Origin: Patescibacteria group bacterium
GTDB lineage: Bacteria > Patescibacteriota > Microgenomatia > Levybacterales > UBA12049
Direction of reading: 5' to 3'
Assembly (NCBI GenBank): GCA_038064195.1
Contig: JBBTTO010000002.1
Span: 333,356 to 397,355 of the forward strand
Length of the DNA stretch: 64,000 nt
The notes under the pieces were generated by a model that was not told the DNA's origin, did no database searches, and worked only from the letters and a program-made list of their open reading frames with translations. Both the position numbers and the translations under genes were made by a program. The stretch's first letter is position 1, and every line of letters starts with the position of its first letter. Below, piece after piece: positions 58,928 to 64,000 of the stretch.

Positions 58928-59458
58928 ATGAAAGTAGCGATTGGTTCAAAAAATCCGGTTAAAATTGAGGCAGTAAAAGAGGCCTTTGGCAAGGTCTGGC
59001 CGGATCAGGATTTTGAGTTCATAGGGATTGAAGTGCCATCGGGTGTGCCGGATCAACCCATGAGTGATGAGGAAAGCATCAAGGGTGCGACGACGCGTGC
59101 AAATAATGCCCTCGATCGTTTGAATGCAGATTTTGGGATAGGGCTTGAGGGGGGTCTGCAGAAAATCGGTGAAAGGTGGTTTGATTGTGGATGGATTGTC
59201 GTAATAAATAATGAAGGCGGGGTAGGAGTTGGCTCGTCTTTGCGTTTGGAAGCACCAGTCAAGATGATGGAGCTTATCAATCAGGGGATGGAGCTGGGGA
59301 AGGTTAATGATATTCTCTTTAAAAAGGAAAATTCCAAACACAGTCAAGGCCATTTTGGACTCATGACTAACAATGCCGTGACTCGAAAAGAAGGTTATCG
59401 GGACGGTATCATCGCGGCCCTTGCTGCCTTCATTTATCCTGAATTGTTTGAAGAATAA
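58928..59458 (+). CDS. yjjX: Inosine/xanthosine triphosphatase (YjjX family)
   Basis: MKVAIGSKNPVKIEAV...GVPDQP...EGG...RKEGYRDGIIAAL matches the YjjX pattern. Confidence 0.8.
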   Translation: MKVAIGSKNPVKIEAVKEAFGKVWPDQDFEFIGIEVPSGVPDQPMSDEESIKGATTRANNALDRLNADFGIGLEGGLQKIGERWFDCGWIVVINNEGGVGVGSSLRLEAPVKMMELINQGMELGKVNDILFKKENSKHSQGHFGLMTNNAVTRKEGYRDGIIAALAAFIYPELFEE

Positions 59459-60079
59459 TTAGACGTACAGGTCTGTGAGGATGTCGGTAACGCCTGGCTT
59501 GGGGCGTGCAGGAGCGTATTCACGACCATAGAGGATAAGCAGGTGGGGGAATTCAATCCACCACTCCTTGGGAACTATTTTCATTAAATCCTCTTCAATT
59601 TTTTCAGGTTTGTCCGAGTCACTCAGCCCTAAGCGGCCGACTGCTCTGATGACATGAGTATCAACGACAATGCCCTCAGACGTGTGAAAGGCATCGCCCA
59701 AAACAACATTGGCTGTTTTCCTGGCGACTCCCGGGAGATTATCTAATTCCTGCATAGTATTGGGAACTTCACCATTATGTTTGTCAACCATTTGTTGCGA
59801 AGCTGCCCTAATATTTTTTGCCTTGTTCCCGTGGAAGGTGACTTTTTTGATCAGAGCGTCGATATCTTCAACTGAGGCTTTGGCCATAGATTTGGCGTCG
59901 GGATAATGTTTGAAAAGCTCAGGGGTCACGGTGTTGACCAGCTTATCAGTACATTGTGCCGAAAGAATAGTGGCGATAAGCAGTTCAAAAGGATTTGAAA
60001 ATTCAAGAGCGGTACGAGGGTGAGGGTAGATTTGTTTGAGGCGATGGTAAATCTCTTTAACTTTCTCTTCTTTAGTCAT
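59459..60079 (-). CDS. nth: Endonuclease III-like HhH-GPD glycosylase (C-terminal 4Fe-4S Cys cluster apparently absent)
   Basis: HhH motif LPGVARKTANVVL and the catalytic Lys/Asp. No C-x6-C-x2-C-x5-C at the C-terminus. Confidence 0.8.
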   Translation of the reverse strand: MTKEEKVKEIYHRLKQIYPHPRTALEFSNPFELLIATILSAQCTDKLVNTVTPELFKHYPDAKSMAKASVEDIDALIKKVTFHGNKAKNIRAASQQMVDKHNGEVPNTMQELDNLPGVARKTANVVLGDAFHTSEGIVVDTHVIRAVGRLGLSDSDKPEKIEEDLMKIVPKEWWIEFPHLLILYGREYAPARPKPGVTDILTDLYV

Positions 60080-60100
60080 AAAAGTATTATATCATTGTTC

Positions 60101-60451
60101 TTAAGCTGGGCTGAACTTATCAGGGAAAAGCCTTGCAAGTGTTCCATCATCTAGGAGTCTACAATACGTTAACCAAAGATCACCATATAAAGTTACTTCC
60201 TTGCCTTCATTAATAAGTCTGATTACTTCTCCTTCATAAACATACTTTAAATACCATTCTTCGCTCTTAGAGATATGTCTTTGTGCATCCTCATAACTTT
60301 CAACTGCAGCTCGAGCACCTGAGTATGGAACATAAACATATATCTGACCATTTTCATCTTGTTGAATTTCGGCGATAACATCTCCGTTCTTATCTCTAAC
60401 TTCCTCAAGTAGTTCATATTTATCAAAGGATATAAAAGACTCACATGTCAT
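60101..60451 (-). CDS. Hypothetical protein
   Basis: 116 aa with no recognisable motif. Confidence 0.4.
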   Translation of the reverse strand: MTCESFISFDKYELLEEVRDKNGDVIAEIQQDENGQIYVYVPYSGARAAVESYEDAQRHISKSEEWYLKYVYEGEVIRLINEGKEVTLYGDLWLTYCRLLDDGTLARLFPDKFSPA

Positions 60452-60541
60452 TTGTCGGATTATAACATTTGATAGGATCCCCTAATAGTCAGCTTATTAC
60501 GAGTGGTTTCACTCCTGCATATCACGTGTTACAATCGTCTG

Positions 60542-61084
60542 ATGGAATTATATTTTGTAACAGGTAATGAAGATAAGGTGAAAGATGTCGAAGCAGTCCT
60601 TGGATTTCCGATTAAATCAGTAAGGCTGAATCTGCCGGAAATTCAGTCATTGGATATAGAAGAAATCGTCAAAGCGAAAGTTCAGTCGGCATTTGAACTT
60701 GTAAAAAAACCAGTATTTGTAGACGACTCGGGATTTTATATCACTGCTTGGAATGGATTTCCGGGTCCATTTATAAAGTATATCCTTTCATCAGGAGGGA
60801 ATGATCTACTGCTAAGGATGATGGAGACAGAGGAGAACAGAGAGGTCATGGTAAACTCAGCAATCGGTTTTCATGACGGGGAGCAAGTGTATACGTTTGT
60901 AGGAGAAGCAAAGGGGGTACTTGTCGTTGAGTCTCGCGGAAAAAGTTGGGGTTGGGAGCCTATATTTCAGCCTCTCTATCAGAAGCAGACTTATGCTGAA
61001 ATGACAAGAGAATACAAAAATTCTATTTCCATGCGCCGAGTTGCTTTAGAAAAATTTAAAAGGCATCTTCAACTAGAGAGTTAA
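60542..61084 (+). CDS. rdgB: Non-canonical purine NTP pyrophosphatase (RdgB/Ham1)
   Basis: MELYFVTGNEDK...FVDDSGF...GFPGP are Ham1 motifs. Start trimmed to Met14. Confidence 0.85.
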   Translation: MELYFVTGNEDKVKDVEAVLGFPIKSVRLNLPEIQSLDIEEIVKAKVQSAFELVKKPVFVDDSGFYITAWNGFPGPFIKYILSSGGNDLLLRMMETEENREVMVNSAIGFHDGEQVYTFVGEAKGVLVVESRGKSWGWEPIFQPLYQKQTYAEMTREYKNSISMRRVALEKFKRHLQLES

Positions 61085-61100
61085 AGACTTACTTGCTAGT

Positions 61101-61187
61101 ATGGATGTAATGACAGACATACAGTGGTTGATCGGTGGAGAGGCGGGATATGGCATAGTGACGACTGGCGTGATGATGCTTTTATGA
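61101..61187 (+). pseudogene. 28-codon ORF MDVMTDIQWLIGGEAGYGIVTTGVMMLL, a possible remnant of the N-terminus of a 2-oxoacid:ferredoxin oxidoreductase alpha subunit (GGxxGxG)
   Basis: LIGGEAGYGIVTTG resembles the conserved KorA/PorA N-terminus. It is followed directly by a terminator. Confidence 0.25.
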
Positions 61188-61190
61188 ACG

Positions 61191-61219
61191 AAAAACCCCC
61201 CGCAAGCGAGGGGTTTTCT
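61191..61219. terminator. Bidirectional intrinsic terminator AAAAACCCCCCGCAAGCGAGGGGUUUUCU
   Basis: GC stem flanked by an A-run and a U-run, between convergent rdgB and the zinc-ribbon gene. Confidence 0.7.
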
Positions 61220-61268
61220 GTATGTTTCTTGAAGGTTCTGAACGAATCTTCAAGAAGGAAACGTTAAG

Positions 61269-61415
61269 CTACTTAGCCTTACCAATTCTGTACATTCCTG
61301 TACCACAAACTGGACATTTTCCTTTCATAGCTGGTTTACCATTCTTCATAGTAACAGCTTGCGCATTTGGATCATCGCGCTTTGCTCGACATTTAACACA
61401 ATACATTGTTGCCAT
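61269..61415 (-). CDS. Small zinc-ribbon protein (CxxC...CxxC), about 48 aa
   Basis: MATMYCVKCRAKRDDPNAQAVTMKNGKPAMKGKCPVCGTGMYRIGKAK. The ORF-track N-terminal extension is rejected. Confidence 0.5.
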   Translation of the reverse strand: MATMYCVKCRAKRDDPNAQAVTMKNGKPAMKGKCPVCGTGMYRIGKAK

Positions 61416-61528
61416 AGATAAAGTCACCTCCCTCCTTCGCCAAGGCTCCGGAAGGGCAAGCCCTTCAACATAAACCTTACGAAACATAGTGAGTGATTAA
61501 AATCTGTCATAAATATATTATGCCTGAA

Positions 61529-61786
61529 CTACCTCATCAAAAAGGATAGCACAAGCTCGACAACAATAACAGCCGTGGTAATAAGCATGGTTTTGATGAG
61601 GTCATGACGGACAAAATGGTAGTCTTGAGTAAGGTTATGAGTGACTGATTTGGTCGGTACGACGGGCTGAGTAAAAGTCGGGAGAGTAAGGGGCAACGAT
61701 GGCGATGAGACAGCCTGAATAGTCAGATTCTGGCGTTTGAGTTCGGCTGCAATCTTCTGCGAGCGTGTTTTTCGCTTCTTTGCCAT
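61529..61786 (-). CDS. Hypothetical small protein with a basic N-terminus and a C-terminal TM segment
   Basis: 85 aa. Confidence 0.4.
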   Translation of the reverse strand: MAKKRKTRSQKIAAELKRQNLTIQAVSSPSLPLTLPTFTQPVVPTKSVTHNLTQDYHFVRHDLIKTMLITTAVIVVELVLSFLMR

Positions 61787-61844
61787 TATAGTAGCCTAGG
61801 TTACACTATTGACACTGAGGCTGTCAAGAGGCTAAGATGGCTCT

Positions 61845-62327
61845 ATGCAAGGACCGATTTTATGGGTCATTTCAGGAATTTCTCTTATTTGGCTCATTAT
61901 TTTAACATTTATCGTTATCACCTATAAGAGGCATTATGACTTGCTCATCAAGGATGCAACAAGTGAGTCGTTGACTTCCCTTCTTGACCGTGTCCTGGGT
62001 GATCTGCAAGTGACTAAAAAGGATATTGCAAGTCTTACGAGCCAATATGATAGAATTGAAAAAGAAGGTTCGTTGCATATTCAAAAGATAGGACTGGTGC
62101 GATTTAATCCCTTCAAAGATACGGGAGGAGATCAAAGCTTTATCCTATCTTTACTTGATGCTCATAATAACGGTATAGTGATTTCAGGCTTGTATTCACG
62201 ATCTGGCATGCGCTGGTACGCCAAACAGGTCGTAGACAGTAAGGGTGCTGAGCATGAACTTTCGGTTGAGGAGGTAAAAGCCATCCAGTCAGCCAAGGCT
62301 ATAGGAAGAGAGAATGGAAAACAATAA
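61845..62327 (+). CDS. DUF4446-family membrane-anchored protein
   Basis: N-terminal TM segment, then RFNPFKDTGGDQSFILSLLD...GIVISGLYSR...RWYAK. Confidence 0.6.
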   Translation: MQGPILWVISGISLIWLIILTFIVITYKRHYDLLIKDATSESLTSLLDRVLGDLQVTKKDIASLTSQYDRIEKEGSLHIQKIGLVRFNPFKDTGGDQSFILSLLDAHNNGIVISGLYSRSGMRWYAKQVVDSKGAEHELSVEEVKAIQSAKAIGRENGKQ

Positions 62328-63486
62328 ACTGCTCATCATACTTGCCGCTGCCGGTCTGTATCTCCTGTCGGCAGGTATCTCCTACTTCGCCTTCTCTCAT
62401 GTCTCAGGGAGAAGCACCTCAACTGCAACTATTCCGACAACATCAAATAACGGCTATGACGCACTCGAATTTGACCAGACTGCGCCAAAGACTGAGGAGT
62501 GTCCGCTTAACGGCGCCATGTATTCTAAGGCGCAGCGCAGCTGGTGGGAGAAGCATCGTCCGCTGGCTGTCATGGTTGAAAACTCGACAGACTCACGTCC
62601 GCAGTCCGGTATCTCTTTTGCTGACGTCGTCTATGAAGCCATAGCTGAAGGCGGTATCACACGGACCATGAATGTCTATTATTGTCAGGATGCAGGTATC
62701 ATCGGCCCTGTCAGGTCGGCTCGTACGTATTTTCTGGATTACCTTTCAGAATACGGTTCCTTTCCACTTTATGCTCATGTCGGTGGTGCCAATACTCCAG
62801 GGCCTGCGAATGCTTTAGGTCAGATTGATGACTACGGCTGGTCTTCATACAATGATCTCAATCAATTCTCAATCGGCTTCCCGACCTTTAAACGCGATGA
62901 AAGCCGGTTGGGCCGGGCTGTGGCTACAGAGCACACAATGTATTCAACAAGCGGAGGCTTATGGAAAGTGGGTGCTGGACGCGGTCTTACTAACAAGGAC
63001 AAAGACGGGGATAGTTGGGATGATGACTTTGTTAAATATACTTTCTCAGATGACGCGGGGGTATCTGGCCGCGGAACAATCCAGAAGGTTACCGTTATTT
63101 TTTGGGACGGCCAGCCTGATTATGTCGTGACATGGAACTATGACAAAGCAACCAATACCTATCTCAGGCTAAACGGCGGGAAAGCACACCTGGACAATAA
63201 TACCAAGAAGCAGCTGGCTCCTAAAAATATTGTCGTTCTCTATGAAAAAGAGAGCAGAGCCAACGACGGCTATGAGGGGAACCTTCATGAACTCTTCGGT
63301 ACTAAAGGAACAGGGACTGCTCTCGTCTTCCAGAACGGTCAGGAAATACAGGCGACCTGGAAGAAAGCCGGTCGTGAGGCGCGAACTGAGCTAATCGATC
63401 GGAAAACAGGTAAAGAGATCTCCTTTGTTCGGGGACAGATCTGGTTTCAGATCGTTCCGACATATAGCGACGTTGTTGTTCAATAA
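62314..63486 (+). CDS. DUF3048 (YerB-like) domain protein, membrane-anchored
   Basis: RPLAVMVENSTDSRPQSGISFADVVYEAIAEGGITR...GPVRSARTYF is DUF3048-like. Translationally coupled to the DUF4446 gene. Confidence 0.65.
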   Translation: MENNKLLIILAAAGLYLLSAGISYFAFSHVSGRSTSTATIPTTSNNGYDALEFDQTAPKTEECPLNGAMYSKAQRSWWEKHRPLAVMVENSTDSRPQSGISFADVVYEAIAEGGITRTMNVYYCQDAGIIGPVRSARTYFLDYLSEYGSFPLYAHVGGANTPGPANALGQIDDYGWSSYNDLNQFSIGFPTFKRDESRLGRAVATEHTMYSTSGGLWKVGAGRGLTNKDKDGDSWDDDFVKYTFSDDAGVSGRGTIQKVTVIFWDGQPDYVVTWNYDKATNTYLRLNGGKAHLDNNTKKQLAPKNIVVLYEKESRANDGYEGNLHELFGTKGTGTALVFQNGQEIQATWKKAGREARTELIDRKTGKEISFVRGQIWFQIVPTYSDVVVQ

Positions 63487-63579
63487 GAGTAGGTATTGTA
63501 TACAGAATAGAGTTTACTCGTTGCAACAAGAGCACTTTTCCTATATAGTATAGCCACTGCTTCAAGCTATTTCTGACGT

Positions 63580-64000
63580 ATGTTGTCTGATCTTATTACA
63601 TCTAAATCCCGCGTCACACTTCTTAAAGTTTTTTTGGCTACCCCGTATGAAATGTATCATGTCAGAGAGTGTGTCCGTCGCACGGGGGATGAAATCAATG
63701 CCGTAAGACGTGAGCTGCTTTTTTTGGAAAAGCACGGTATCCTTCAGAAAGAGCAACGGGCCAACAGGGTATATTATTCTCTTGACAAAGAATATCCATT
63801 TTATTTTGACCTCTTAAATATCGGTATCAAGATCATAGGTCTTGGCGATGAAGTCTTGAAGAATCGTCCAAAACTCGGCAAAATAAAGTATGCTATGTTC
63901 TCAACAAAGTTTGTGAGGAAAATTAAGAAAAACCCTGACGATGTGGATTTCATGGTCATCGGAACGGTAGTTTTGCCTGAGTTGGCAGCACTTGTCAGGA
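63580..64000 (+). CDS. Winged-helix DNA-binding protein, 3'-truncated at the window end
   Basis: Open frame from the ATG at 63580 to the end of the window, not in the ORF track. wHTH-like LLKVFLATPYEMYHVRECVRRTGDEINAVRRELLFLEKHGILQK. Confidence 0.55.
   Translation, partial: MLSDLITSKSRVTLLKVFLATPYEMYHVRECVRRTGDEINAVRRELLFLEKHGILQKEQRANRVYYSLDKEYPFYFDLLNIGIKIIGLGDEVLKNRPKLGKIKYAMFSTKFVRKIKKNPDDVDFMVIGTVVLPELAALVR

Overview
This 64-kb window is a gene-dense bacterial chromosomal segment that uses the standard genetic code; TGA acts as a stop codon and a release factor 2 gene (prfB) is present. The proteins carry long charged or low-complexity tails, several surface proteins have PT-repeat linkers with C-terminal TM anchors, Shine-Dalgarno sequences are mostly weak, and TsaB is minimal. 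This profile suggests a reduced-genome, CPR/Patescibacteria-like lineage, but that assignment is inference only.

Gene content, in order along the window:
- Partial rpoC, then an rpsL-rpsG operon that ends in a terminator with no fusA or tuf after it.
- A convergent glutamine synthetase gene.
- A leader of about 315 nt with an explicit T-box antiterminator/terminator switch, placed ahead of a GNAT acetyltransferase and an M20 deacylase.
- Housekeeping genes: cyclophilin, lepA, greA, groES-groEL (with a CIRCE-like operator), murJ, rpsT, serS and secA.
- A MacAB-like tripartite ABC exporter and a P-type Ca-ATPase.
- A NUDIX hydrolase, followed by a block of four uncharacterised envelope-associated genes and a DUF2233 phosphodiester glycosidase.
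- A sigma-70 factor fused to an extra C-terminal LuxR/GerE helix-turn-helix.
- Two clusters for DNA repair and nucleotide-pool sanitation: nfo-mazG-alkA, and yjjX-nth-rdgB.
- A 2-hydroxyacid dehydrogenase, transketolase, an NRAMP transporter, and prfB, which here lacks the programmed frameshift.
- A four-helix-bundle ('23S IVS protein') gene flanked by complementary polypurine and polypyrimidine tracts.
- ftsE-ftsX plus a PcsB-like coiled-coil cysteine peptidase.
- tsaE-tsaC-tsaB, the t6A modification genes.
- A large nucleotide-sugar and glycosylation locus: rmlC/B/D, ugd, gmd, rmd, uxs, a GT2-GtrA polyprenyl-phosphate glycosyltransferase and a GT-C (ArnT/PMT-like) transferase.
- A DUF4446/DUF3048 pair.

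Non-coding structure:
- Several strong sigma-70 promoters (TTGACA/TATAAT class).
- Intrinsic terminators.
- A dispersed palindromic repeat family with core GGTTTAGGTATAG.
- Heptamer-periodic tracts abutting several start and stop codons.

I saw no rRNA, tRNA, CRISPR array or obvious transposase.
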